Below are positions 1-8,514 of a stretch of 26,047 nucleotides of DNA, one piece after another; position 1 is the stretch's first letter; every line of letters starts with the position of its first letter. The translations under genes and the position numbers were made by a program. Origin of the DNA: a virus (Duplodnaviria > Caudoviricetes); the IMG/VR virus record IMGVR_UViG_3300038673_000278, positions 1 through 26,047 of that record; one strand, given 5' to 3'. The notes beneath the pieces are model-generated. The model did no database searches and was not told where the DNA came from. It worked only from the letters and a program-made list of their open reading frames with translations.

Positions 1-3
1 TAG

Positions 4-516
4 TCATGATTTTCGACTCCTTTCAGCTTCTTGCTCTATTTTCAAGTAGTTTTTATCTAGCAAAAGGTTAAGCCAGTATATACAAGCTTCAGCTACTTCA
101 CCAGTTAACACTTCTTTTGGCGAATTATAGCCTAGCTCAAATACTATATGACCATGTCTTGGCCCGTAGCCGTACTTATGATCTTCACGCTGACAAACAA
201 AGCCTTCGTAGTTTTTACAGCCTATGTAGTTCTTAGTAAGGTACTCTGACTCTGACACTACTTTTTGTATAGCCTCCAGAATGGCTGCCTTTGCTTCGTT
301 ATAGTCAGCATACCAAAAGCCTCTTATGTACATAGCCTTCTTAGCTGTGTCTATTTTGCTTAGATCAAAATTAGCCATTAGAAGGTTTTTGCTGAGCTGT
401 GCCTCTTTTATTAGCCATTCTACTCGCCGCTTACTGTCTAGGTACTTCTGTTCAAGCCTTGCTTTTTCTGACTGTAGTGCTGAAAGTTCTTTTTCAACAT
501 CGATTAGAGTTCTCAT
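4..516 (-). CDS. Hypothetical phage protein, N-terminal coiled coil
   Basis: Open ORF. The ATG at 516 (MRTLIDV) has an AGGGAG RBS and is preferred over the TTG at 534. No family recognised. Confidence 0.7.
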   Translation of the reverse strand: MRTLIDVEKELSALQSEKARLEQKYLDSKRRVEWLIKEAQLSKNLLMANFDLSKIDTAKKAMYIRGFWYADYNEAKAAILEAIQKVVSESEYLTKNYIGCKNYEGFVCQREDHKYGYGPRHGHIVFELGYNSPKEVLTGEVAEACIYWLNLLLDKNYLKIEQEAERSRKS

Positions 517-536
517 AGTAGTGACTCCCTTCAAAT

Positions 537-632
537 TTAGTCGTCTGACTTTTTATTTGTAAAGCACATAATGATAGCTATTACAAATAATCCGATTCCT
601 ATTGCCCACAGTGTTCCGCATAATAGGCGCAT
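537..632 (-). CDS. 31-aa single-pass membrane peptide (MRLLCGTLWAIGIGLFVIAIIMCFTNKKSDD)
   Basis: Translated by hand; below the ORF-track cutoff. AGGAGG RBS 7 nt upstream; fills the gap between neighbours; one hydrophobic helix. Confidence 0.65.
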   Translation of the reverse strand: MRLLCGTLWAIGIGLFVIAIIMCFTNKKSDD

Positions 633-643
633 TTTTCTACCTC

Positions 644-1303
644 CTACTTGAAGAACACAACATTTTCGTAGGCTGTTACTCTCTGTCGCTTTGCATGAAA
701 GCCATTTGGATTGTTATTTAAGTGCGATGTGGTGCAGAAATAAAGCATATCATCCGCACTTACTTCATCCGGTGCTTTGCCGGCTAGAACCATATCTACT
801 GCTTCTTCTGCCTTTTCTAGCTTAAACGAAGGTTGTTGTAGGTACCAGCCATTGCTATAAACTGAGTAGTTTCCTTTGTAGGTCAGAACTTCAGTTAAGC
901 TGTTGCCCCAATAACCGTTGTTTAGCTGATTAACTACTGTCTTTGCTATCAACCAGTTACCTGTGATGTCCCATGTATCTCCAGCTTCCGCTGCCACTAT
1001 CTTAACAAACAGATCATGTTCATAGCTTGAGCTATTTATTACTTCAGGTGTCGGCGTCGCTGCAGCGCTGGGTGTTGGCATTATTGTAGGCGTTGGTGTC
1101 GGCGTCGGTGCTAGCGTTGTCTCTGTTGACCTGCTGAATTCCCATGTATGTAAGATAGCCGGTTCATATACTGTGGGTGCCTGCCTAGTTTCAAGACTAC
1201 TTTCTGATGTCCCAAGGTGTGGCTCTGTATACTGTAGGACTATCTGCATTGCGCTTATCGCTAGCGCAAACGCTACTATTGCTGTTACTTGCTGTCTTCT
1301 CAT
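644..1303 (-). CDS. SleB/CwlJ-like cell wall hydrolase (Hydrolase_2) with N-terminal TM/signal segment and Pro/Thr linker
   Basis: Motifs LFVKIVAAEAG (catalytic Glu), TVVNQL..GYWGNSLTEVL, AVDMVLAG, LYF and terminal VFFK. ATG at 1303 (MRRQQ) has a GGAGG RBS, followed by a hydrophobic stretch and a TPTPTPT linker. Confidence 0.8.
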   Translation of the reverse strand: MRRQQVTAIVAFALAISAMQIVLQYTEPHLGTSESSLETRQAPTVYEPAILHTWEFSRSTETTLAPTPTPTPTIMPTPSAAATPTPEVINSSSYEHDLFVKIVAAEAGDTWDITGNWLIAKTVVNQLNNGYWGNSLTEVLTYKGNYSVYSNGWYLQQPSFKLEKAEEAVDMVLAGKAPDEVSADDMLYFCTTSHLNNNPNGFHAKRQRVTAYENVVFFK

Positions 1304-1424
1304 CAATTCCTCCAAACCTTCCAAGTAAAGTAACCGAGGCCCCACAATAAACACAGGGTCTCGGATCTTTGCATACTGATGAATACTGCTTTTTCTTACA
1401 TTCTGTGCAAACATGCATAAACAT
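1197..1424 (-). CDS. Small Zn-ribbon protein (CTEC...CVYCG)
   Basis: ATG at 1424 preceded by AAGGAG; two CxxC motifs. The 3' end overlaps the hydrolase gene by 107 nt. Confidence 0.5.
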   Translation of the reverse strand: MFMHVCTECKKKQYSSVCKDPRPCVYCGASVTLLGRFGGIDEKTASNSNSSVCASDKRNADSPTVYRATPWDIRK

Positions 1425-1484
1425 CGCTGTCTCCTTATAATAATCAGTCCATGTTATCATCAATTATAGTCGTAAATAGATCTG

Positions 1485-2096
1485 CTAATTACTATAGAAA
1501 TCAACCATCATTTCATGTAGAGCGTCAAGCACTGGATGGTCAGCTGGAAAGTCATACACTGTTCCGCCTACTGTAATGCCTATCTTTTGCGGCTCATATA
1601 TGCTGAACCTTTCTTCTTCTTTTCTAGCCTCTACTATTCTATCTATACAGTCGTGTAGACATTCTTGATTGTCCACTACTGTGTAGTCGTTCAGCTCACC
1701 TATTGGACAGATGTTTCTAGCCAAGCATTTCAGTTCTGTTACGGTTGTGTCACTTATGTACATGCCGTTATTTCTAAAGTAGTCAATCATAGCATCTGGC
1801 AAAGCCTGTGCGGTGTCGCGGGTATCAAGCCATTCTTTAATGTCGCTTGCAACATAACGCAATGCTTCTGCAATAAAAGGTGCGGCGGCGGCATAGATTA
1901 TTTGATCCATCATAGCGATCTTAATTATCTCTGCTGCATGTTGTGACTCTGTACCAGTAGGTACGTAGCTACTATTCAGTGGCTGAAAGATAACAGGTTC
2001 TGATGCAGACTTGTTAAGCGCCACTTGAAGGGCTTGGTTGATCAGTGATCTTGTTTCCGAAGAAAAATTAGCTAATGGAATGTTTCTTGTTGACAT
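1485..2096 (-). CDS. Hypothetical protein
   Basis: 203-aa ORF with AGGAGG RBS, tightly packed in the operon. Confidence 0.75.
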   Translation of the reverse strand: MSTRNIPLANFSSETRSLINQALQVALNKSASEPVIFQPLNSSYVPTGTESQHAAEIIKIAMMDQIIYAAAAPFIAEALRYVASDIKEWLDTRDTAQALPDAMIDYFRNNGMYISDTTVTELKCLARNICPIGELNDYTVVDNQECLHDCIDRIVEARKEEERFSIYEPQKIGITVGGTVYDFPADHPVLDALHEMMVDFYSN

Positions 2097-2097
2097 C

Positions 2098-2319
2098 TTA
2101 GATTCCTCCTATTTCAAATATACTCTGTTGTAGATCTATTATGAGCTCTTTCCTTATTGAAGCACTAATGCCAGCCTTTTTAAGTGCGGCATCATACACA
2201 CCTAAAAGGCCGGCAATGTGTTGCAATCGTACTTCAGTATCAGACATTATCTGCTGGAAGCTGGCATTAAGCAGAATGGCTAATACTTCTTTGTTTATGA
2301 ATGCGAATTCATTTTTCAC
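2098..2319 (-). CDS. Hypothetical protein
   Basis: In-frame GTG at 2319 preceded by GGAGG, preferred over the ATG at 2370. Confidence 0.6.
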   Translation of the reverse strand: MKNEFAFINKEVLAILLNASFQQIMSDTEVRLQHIAGLLGVYDAALKKAGISASIRKELIIDLQQSIFEIGGI

Positions 2320-2557
2320 ACAGTTCCTCCGCAATTTCATCAGCACACGCTTCGCATACCTCGCGGCCATCCATAATTACGGCATTGGTTTCACATATGT
2401 AGCTGTTACAGTTAGAGCATTCATATGCCTCTTCATACGAGTCGCCGCATACCGGACAGCCATCATACTCTTCAAATGGTCCATGCTCAAAGCCATGCTT
2501 TTCTACATAGTGCTTTGGCTCTTCAAAAATTTCTCCGCAATTCAAACAGATAAACAT
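2309..2557 (-). CDS. Acidic multi-CxxC Zn-binding protein
   Basis: ATG at 2557 (MFICLNCG) with GGAGG RBS; CLNC, CPVC, CSNC and CEAC motifs. Confidence 0.7.
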   Translation of the reverse strand: MFICLNCGEIFEEPKHYVEKHGFEHGPFEEYDGCPVCGDSYEEAYECSNCNSYICETNAVIMDGREVCEACADEIAEELCEK

Positions 2558-2572
2558 AATAAATTCCTCCAA

Positions 2573-2797
2573 TCAATGAATCACATCATCTACCAGTAGT
2601 ACTTGCCAGTTTTCTAAAAACTTTTCTATTGAGTCGTAGCAAACAACTCTAGGGCCAGATGTTCCATATACGCGCTTATGCGGGCTCACTTGTATAGCTG
2701 GACCCCATGCGAATACTTTTACTTTTGAGCGTATTTTGTAGGCCTGCCCGTTTCTATAGCCCATGCTTTTATCGGCCCCGATAAATTTTGCTAACAT
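2573..2797 (-). CDS. Hypothetical protein
   Basis: 74-aa ORF abutting the upstream stop; GGAG RBS. Confidence 0.65.
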   Translation of the reverse strand: MLAKFIGADKSMGYRNGQAYKIRSKVKVFAWGPAIQVSPHKRVYGTSGPRVVCYDSIEKFLENWQVLLVDDVIH

Positions 2798-3403
2798 CTA
2801 CTCCACCGCACATTCTTCTTCGTAGTCGTCAAATCTCTTTAGAATGTCGTTTAGTACACTCTTATACGTATCATCATAGATTGGCAGATAGGTCTCTTTA
2901 TCAACTCCAATCTGTGGGCGGTACTTGTTCTTTAGAGACTCGTAAACTGTTTCCTGCAAATACTCTGGCGATATTTCTGCTTTTATCCACTCTGCAGAAT
3001 CAGCATTCAACCAACGTTGCAGCTCTTCTGGTATCTGCACAGCTACTGTAGACTGTTTAGGTACAACTATAGGTGCCTGATAAAAGTTCAACAGCTGCTC
3101 TAAGGCACTTACTTGTGCCACGGTATTTTCCTTAGGTACGCGCAACCCGCGCTTTTCTAGGACTGCATACAGTTGCTCTGTACGTTCTACTGTGTCAAGC
3201 GCTTTTTGTGCAGCGCCTGAGGCTAGTCCGCCTTGCTCTGCTAACAACGCTTTGGCTCTACGGTAGGAAGCATTTATGCTTTCACATGCTTTGCACACCC
3301 TGTATCTGCCTGGTGTTTCGTTGTTTCTGCTATATGTATACTGTCTATATTCTTCTATGTCTTTCAGCATACCGCATTGCACACATCTTTTAACCTCTGC
3401 CAT
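2798..3403 (-). CDS. Hypothetical protein with N-terminal Zn finger (KRCxxCGxxK...CKAC)
   Basis: Phage-type treble-clef-like motif at the N-terminus; AGGAGAGG RBS. Confidence 0.75.
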   Translation of the reverse strand: MAEVKRCVQCGMLKDIEEYRQYTYSRNNETPGRYRVCKACESINASYRRAKALLAEQGGLASGAAQKALDTVERTEQLYAVLEKRGLRVPKENTVAQVSALEQLLNFYQAPIVVPKQSTVAVQIPEELQRWLNADSAEWIKAEISPEYLQETVYESLKNKYRPQIGVDKETYLPIYDDTYKSVLNDILKRFDDYEEECAVE

Positions 3404-3710
3404 TAGTTGGTCCTCTCCTTCGCTTTATGCTTGCTATTAGCCTATTTGTTGGATTGCAGCTATAGCATTCATTGTGGTAGATCTTTTTTCCTGACTGATC
3501 CATATAAAACAGAAAAGCAGAAATAGGTTTCAAAGTGCCACACTTTGTGCAGCGCTTTTCAGGTAGCTTAGCTTCAGGTAAAACAGTGTAAAGACCGCGA
3601 ACTTTAGTGCCAACCATATCGAAGTGTTTCTGACACATATAGCCCCAAGGACCTAACAAAGTTTTTCCGTCATACTTAGCCGGTTGGTTACAGAAATCAC
3701 ATTTGTTCAT
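3390..3710 (-). CDS. Double Zn-finger protein
   Basis: CDFC...CQKH and KRCTKCGTLKP...CYSC motifs; GAGGTG RBS. Confidence 0.7.
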   Translation of the reverse strand: MNKCDFCNQPAKYDGKTLLGPWGYMCQKHFDMVGTKVRGLYTVLPEAKLPEKRCTKCGTLKPISAFLFYMDQSGKKIYHNECYSCNPTNRLIASIKRRRGPTNGRG

Positions 3711-3723
3711 ATCATCACCTCTA

Positions 3724-4764
3724 TTATATTATAGCATAAGAATCACGGTCAATACACCTTTTTGCTCTATACGGTACTGTGCAGTCTATTTTTAGTATTT
3801 CCGCAACGGTGGACTGCAGCATGTGCTCGCTATTATTCATAGTATATAGCTTATCAGTTACTGCTTTACCTTCTGCAACAGCTTTTTTATTCGCTGTGCG
3901 CAGCACATCCATACTCGCTGACATTCCGTCTGCTGCGCTGACTATATATGCTTCAGCGAAGCGCGGCGTTACTGGACTGCCGTATTCTTGTTTACCATGG
4001 TGTGAAGCTACAATGTGTATCAGCAGTGAAGCAATTTTAGTATAGCCAGGATCATCTTCAGTTCTAGCCAGCTCTTCTGCCATTTGTTGTATACGAGTAG
4101 AGCCAATAATTATGTGATCGAGTAGTGTGCCATCTTCTGTAAAGTTCACAGATGGACCATCAATGTAGTAAGTTTCTATCTTACCAATGTCGTGTAGCAG
4201 CGCTCCAGCTTTTACTAAGTCAAGCGACACCTGCATTCCGTATACATTATTTGCAAGACTCACCGCATAGTCAAACACTTCTATAGTGTGCGCCGCGTTG
4301 CCACCAAAACCTACGTGGTGCACTGCTTTAGCTGATGAGGCTTCTAGCGCTCTTGTACCATATCTGTTGTACAATGTCAGCACGGTATTCATAAGCCTTT
4401 TGTCGCCTATAGAAGATATTCTTTTGTGTAGTTGATCTTGTAATAATTGTGCGTCACTCTCGTAGCTAACTGAAAAATCTTGAACACTTTGATTAGTATC
4501 TTTTTCCATAGTATCTACTGTTATTTGCTTCTTACCGGCGTATTCACCAATAGTTCCGTCAAATACGTATACTTTTTTCAGCTCAGGAATGCCCAACTTA
4601 CTATTGTAGTTCCATATTTTACCATCAAGCTGCTCAACACCGTCAGTTATTTCAAGTGTTAGAAAATCTTTCGGAGGGTTCCCTTTTGTTTTGCGTATGC
4701 TTGCGCCTGCCAAAAATAACCTGCACGATACTCTGTCGCCTACCTTCATCTCACTTATCTTCAT
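3724..4764 (-). CDS. yhaM: YhaM/Cbf1-family 3'-5' exoribonuclease (OB fold + HD domain)
   Basis: N-terminal OB fold (FLTLEITD...DGKIW) and motifs HHVGFGGNAAHTIEV, LLHDIGK, LLDHIIIG, IVASHHGKQEYGSPVTP and AAD. Confidence 0.9.
   Translation of the reverse strand: MKISEMKVGDRVSCRLFLAGASIRKTKGNPPKDFLTLEITDGVEQLDGKIWNYNSKLGIPELKKVYVFDGTIGEYAGKKQITVDTMEKDTNQSVQDFSVSYESDAQLLQDQLHKRISSIGDKRLMNTVLTLYNRYGTRALEASSAKAVHHVGFGGNAAHTIEVFDYAVSLANNVYGMQVSLDLVKAGALLHDIGKIETYYIDGPSVNFTEDGTLLDHIIIGSTRIQQMAEELARTEDDPGYTKIASLLIHIVASHHGKQEYGSPVTPRFAEAYIVSAADGMSASMDVLRTANKKAVAEGKAVTDKLYTMNNSEHMLQSTVAEILKIDCTVPYRAKRCIDRDSYAII
3728..3758 (-). promoter_or_regulatory. SigA-type extended -10 promoter for the left-hand ORF cluster
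   Basis: Minus strand GGTGTATTGACCGTGATTCTTATGC-TATAAT contains TGnTATAAT. TTGACC lies 18 bp from a second overlapping TATAAT. Aligns with three other promoters in the window. Confidence 0.65.
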
Positions 4765-5057
4765 CTTTTATATTCCTTCCTTATGTTAGTTTTTGTTTGC
4801 TCTTTGATTATGTCCTTGCTGCCACAGAATCTACACTCGGATAACTCATCACTGTCTGCAATGAATGTTGCAAAGCAATCCAGGCAGGCCCATACAGTTT
4901 GAACTATCGGCTTGGCTTCTACATGCCTAACTTTGCGCTGCTGAATATTGTTGTAGATTGCTATTACCTGGTCATCAGGCATGTTCTGAACTTTATACGC
5001 CCATGACTTGCCCGCATACTTTGCCATTAAAAAGGCCTTCATATTTTCGATAGTCAT
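4761..5057 (-). CDS. Hypothetical protein with C-terminal Zn ribbon (CLDC...CRFCGS)
   Basis: ORF with GAGGAGG RBS; two CxxC motifs. Confidence 0.7.
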   Translation of the reverse strand: MTIENMKAFLMAKYAGKSWAYKVQNMPDDQVIAIYNNIQQRKVRHVEAKPIVQTVWACLDCFATFIADSDELSECRFCGSKDIIKEQTKTNIRKEYKR

Positions 5058-5296
5058 TTAGCTTCCTCCTCGCTTAGATTTACTTCAAATGGCAGACTGT
5101 GGAGTAGGTTAGAGGCATGAAGATTACACCACTGACTTACTGCTGGTTCTATCTTCTCAAAGTCAAGAAGATAAAACGGGTATGCTTCACTCACATCAAG
5201 ATCAGGCAATGCTTTGCTGGCTAGCACCAACTCTGTATAGCTTTTTCTAAACTTAATGAGTGCGACGGCCATTCTTTTTCTTTCGTTTTCGCCCAT
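5054..5296 (-). CDS. Hypothetical protein
   Basis: AGGAGG RBS; overlaps the downstream gene by 4 nt. Confidence 0.7.
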   Translation of the reverse strand: MGENERKRMAVALIKFRKSYTELVLASKALPDLDVSEAYPFYLLDFEKIEPAVSQWCNLHASNLLHSLPFEVNLSEEEAK

Positions 5297-5480
5297 GTGA
5301 CTTCCTCCTTATATCTTTTATATCTTCTTCAGTTGCATCTAGCACTATAAGTATTTTTCCATCTGCTTTTCCGAAAGCCGCGACGCGGGTATGCTTGCAT
5401 GGACCGCCGAGTATGTAACAGTTTGTCTTATCACATATAGTATTTTTTTCTGGGTCACACTCAATCAATATATTACTCAT
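5253..5480 (-). CDS. Small Cys-containing protein with basic tail
   Basis: AGGAGG RBS fused to the polymerase stop; motif CDPEKNTICDKTNC...CKHT. Confidence 0.65.
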   Translation of the reverse strand: MSNILIECDPEKNTICDKTNCYILGGPCKHTRVAAFGKADGKILIVLDATEEDIKDIRRKSHGRKRKKKNGRRTH

Positions 5481-5488
5481 GCATCCTC

Positions 5489-7528
5489 CTAAAGTATTCC
5501 TTCATTCCATATGTCATAGGCTACCATTTTATCCAGTAGTTCTTCTGGTGGCTTTATAGCAGCTACATCTACATCTTCTTTCTGCCGCCAGGTTGGATAG
5601 CATTTAGCTACATCTACCGTAACTGTTACGCGGAATAGATCACGCTCTGTCTGAAGCCAGCGTAGATAAGGTATTATCTCATCAGCTTCTTCATTATACA
5701 CTTGCTGCAATAATGAGTCGTGTACCTGGAGTATCATCATTGTCTTGTAGTTGTTTGCTTTTAGAAACCTGTAGATATAGATCATGCGTTGTTTGGTGGA
5801 GTCGGCAGCGCTGCCTTGACACAGATAATTTACGCAAGCATACTCTCTACCTCGCTCACCATAAACGCGGCGGCCAAGGATAGTCTTTATACAGCCTCGC
5901 TCTTTAATGACTCTGTTAGCTGTCTTGATGAACATCTCTACTTCAGGAACTCTCCGCTTAAAAGTGACTATGGCGCTCCTGGCCTCTTCTAACGTTAGTC
6001 CGGTCATTGCTTTAACCCTATCAGGTCCGGCACCATACACTATTGCAAACTCAACTGACTTAGCTATGTCTCGTAATTTTTTATCTACTTGATCTAGCGG
6101 TACATCATATATAATAGCTGCAACAGCTCTATGAATGTCTCCACCGTTATTTACTATATCTAGTAGGTATGGTGCTCTACTGTAGTGTGTCATTATTAGC
6201 GATTCCTGGGCCTTGAAGTCAAAGTCATAGAGCGTATAACCTTCTGGAGCCACAAATGCTTGACGCACTCTGGAGTCGCTGCGGCGCGGCATATTTTGCA
6301 TAGACGGATTACTTATTGAGAATCTACCTGTTTTAGCTTCCATTGTGTTTATATTGCAGTGTACAACATTTCCAGCGTCGCAGAGTTCATAAAGTTTTAT
6401 AGCAAAAGTATTAAGTAGCTTTTCAGACTTTCTAAACTGTTGAATATCTTTAATTAGCGGCACGCCAAGCTCTTCTAGCCTTTCCATCTGGAACTTGTCA
6501 AATGATGGATTACCGTCAACAATTCCTTTTGCCAGCATAGCATCAGTAGGTGACTTGTACTTTATGTGTCTACCATAGCCAAGCTTAGTCAACACAGTCT
6601 CTAGTTGCTTTGATGAGTTTATATTAAACATGCCTCCAGCAGTTTCATATATTTTGCGCTCTGCTTCGTCTACCTCATTTTTAAGCTCAGCTATCAGTTC
6701 TGGACCATACTCAGGATCTAAAACTATACCTTGTCTTTCCATACGATAAGTTACAAGTAGAACCTCTGACTCAATATTAAACAAGTCTAGCTGGTCATTT
6801 TCTATCAGCTTTTTATACAGCTTCTTAAGTACCCATATAGCATTCCATGTGTCAGCGCAGGTATACTGTGTCATAAGCTCTTTTGGAAACATCCTATAGT
6901 CTGTTATTCTGTACTGTGCTTTGTAGCTACCTACCATACGCTCAAACTTAGTTACTGTAGGATATTCTGCTTCGTCGTATATCTCTGTTGATATATCCAG
7001 TAGATTATGCGTGAACGCGTCAGCGCGGGTAAGCTTGCTCATGTAAGATGTGTCATAAAAACGACCGCGCATATCGATGTTAGCGTTTGCAAGCATATGG
7101 AGATCAAAGTTCATGTTATGCCCACACTTAGCAATACTTCTATCCATCAGTAGCGGTGCGAGTTTTTTGAATTCTGTAAACTTATTTTCTAATGTATCGT
7201 ATACGGCATAACTATTTATTCCATCACTTATGCTTATACAGAAAGGAAAGTCATTAGGAATAGTCTTTGATTTATTGTTTATCCAGCGGCGCACTACATT
7301 TGACGGAAACTTATTACTGTGGAGTCCTGGGTATGCATACGTTTCTGTATCTACAGCTATCATGGGCCCAATCTCTTCGAAGAGTGTTATGGGCTTAATA
7401 TTTGCTAGGACGTGCTCTGCAGTAGCTTCTGTAAACATCGGTTCTTTATGTTCATCAAAAGTACTTTTGTCATAGTGCAGCATACTCCTCGGTACAATAG
7501 TTGCTTTATTCTTTGGTACAATAGCCAT
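5489..7528 (-). CDS. polA: Family A DNA polymerase with 3'-5' exonuclease and no 5'-3' exonuclease domain
   Basis: Exo I AVDTET, Exo II HNMNFD, Exo III YTCAD; FNINSSKQL; TGRFSISNPSMQNMP; motif A DFKAQE, motif B RDIAKSVEFAIVYG, NYLCQGSAAD, motif C QVHDS. Confidence 0.95.
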   Translation of the reverse strand: MAIVPKNKATIVPRSMLHYDKSTFDEHKEPMFTEATAEHVLANIKPITLFEEIGPMIAVDTETYAYPGLHSNKFPSNVVRRWINNKSKTIPNDFPFCISISDGINSYAVYDTLENKFTEFKKLAPLLMDRSIAKCGHNMNFDLHMLANANIDMRGRFYDTSYMSKLTRADAFTHNLLDISTEIYDEAEYPTVTKFERMVGSYKAQYRITDYRMFPKELMTQYTCADTWNAIWVLKKLYKKLIENDQLDLFNIESEVLLVTYRMERQGIVLDPEYGPELIAELKNEVDEAERKIYETAGGMFNINSSKQLETVLTKLGYGRHIKYKSPTDAMLAKGIVDGNPSFDKFQMERLEELGVPLIKDIQQFRKSEKLLNTFAIKLYELCDAGNVVHCNINTMEAKTGRFSISNPSMQNMPRRSDSRVRQAFVAPEGYTLYDFDFKAQESLIMTHYSRAPYLLDIVNNGGDIHRAVAAIIYDVPLDQVDKKLRDIAKSVEFAIVYGAGPDRVKAMTGLTLEEARSAIVTFKRRVPEVEMFIKTANRVIKERGCIKTILGRRVYGERGREYACVNYLCQGSAADSTKQRMIYIYRFLKANNYKTMMILQVHDSLLQQVYNEEADEIIPYLRWLQTERDLFRVTVTVDVAKCYPTWRQKEDVDVAAIKPPEELLDKMVAYDIWNEGIL

Positions 7529-7540
7529 GGTATATCCTCC

Positions 7541-7583
7541 TAATATTATTAGGCAGAAGCAATACCTCTACCTAATAATATTA
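7541..7583. repeat. 43-bp inverted repeat between the polymerase promoter -10 box and RBS
   Basis: Perfect 13-bp arms TAATATTATTAGG / CCTAATAATATTA. The inner 7 bp pair with G:U on the minus-strand RNA, leaving a 3-nt loop. Confidence 0.85.
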
Positions 7584-7610
7584 TACACTAAAATTCACTG
7601 TGTGTAAACC
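7580..7610 (-). promoter_or_regulatory. SigA-type promoter of the polymerase gene
   Basis: TTTACA-17 bp-TATAAT on the minus strand. Confidence 0.8.
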
Positions 7611-7870
7611 TATTCCTCAGGCTGAAAGTCTTTGTTGATTACATAGTAGTAGCGCTGAAGATGTCTATTACTAGTTACAGCATACTGTATAATACGCTTT
7701 TCATCTACTAACTCCTGAAGAACACTGCGCACCTTAGTGGCTTTTATGTCGGCGCTGTTTGCTATCATAGACTGAGACATATACTTAAGATGACCTAGCT
7801 CATTCAGTTCTTCAATAGCTTTAACTACTGCATCTTTTTCTTCTGCTGAGATCTGTATTACTATTTCCAA
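7610..7870 (-). CDS. Small winged helix-turn-helix protein
   Basis: MSQSMIANSADIKATKVRSVLQELVDEKRI followed by a beta wing. Probable TTG start at 7870 after AGGAGG. Confidence 0.65.
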   Translation of the reverse strand: MEIVIQISAEEKDAVVKAIEELNELGHLKYMSQSMIANSADIKATKVRSVLQELVDEKRIIQYAVTSNRHLQRYYYVINKDFQPEE

Positions 7871-7881
7871 AATAATTCCTC

Positions 7882-8514
7882 CTATATCAGTCTTAGTTCC
7901 CATGCGCAGTATGATGTAAAGTCTTCGCGCATTATTAGTTGTCTGTGCTCATACTCTGCATAGGTGCGTAGCTCGTTATAAGCGCTTTCTCTTTCGTGCA
8001 TATCAGCATGTGTTAGAAATATAGACTTACCACAAAGCAGCTTGTCCCACAGCACTTGTAGATCTGGTGGTAATCTTTTCTGCTTTATCACAGGTATACT
8101 GGTAAGCTTATCCAGTGTGATTATCTCAACTCCGGCTTCTCTTAGTAGCTGTAGGCCAGAAGTGTCTTTATGCTGTGTCACATAGCCAAATACCTTTATG
8201 CCACTATTTGCTATCAGAGCTGCACAGGTTACACATGGGCTAAGAGTACAAAGCATGGTCTTATCATGTAAATCTGTTGTGCACTTTGCTATCGCATTTG
8301 CTTCAGCATGTATACAAGTATACTTACCTGAAGTATTACACAGGCAATCTGCGCCACCGCTTACACCTCCATTAACACCTATAGACAATACCTGAGTAAG
8401 CGCTTTATCTGTGATTATTGCAGCTACTCCTTTGTCTGTACATTTAGACAGGCCGGCTAAATTTTCTATAAAAATCTTGAACACAACTAAGCGATTGTGT
8501 TGTGAATCTTTCAT
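7882..8514 (-). CDS. dCMP deaminase (ComEB-like) with C-terminal extension
   Basis: Zn/catalytic motifs HAEANAI and TLSPCVTC; SKC...VAAII and GVNG. Confidence 0.9.
   Translation of the reverse strand: MKDSQHNRLVVFKIFIENLAGLSKCTDKGVAAIITDKALTQVLSIGVNGGVSGGADCLCNTSGKYTCIHAEANAIAKCTTDLHDKTMLCTLSPCVTCAALIANSGIKVFGYVTQHKDTSGLQLLREAGVEIITLDKLTSIPVIKQKRLPPDLQVLWDKLLCGKSIFLTHADMHERESAYNELRTYAEYEHRQLIMREDFTSYCAWELRLI

Noticed and set aside
1463-1500. Possible promoter (TATAAT at 1463-1468)
   Set aside because: No credible -35 or TGn element, and it does not match the four-promoter family; too weak to call.
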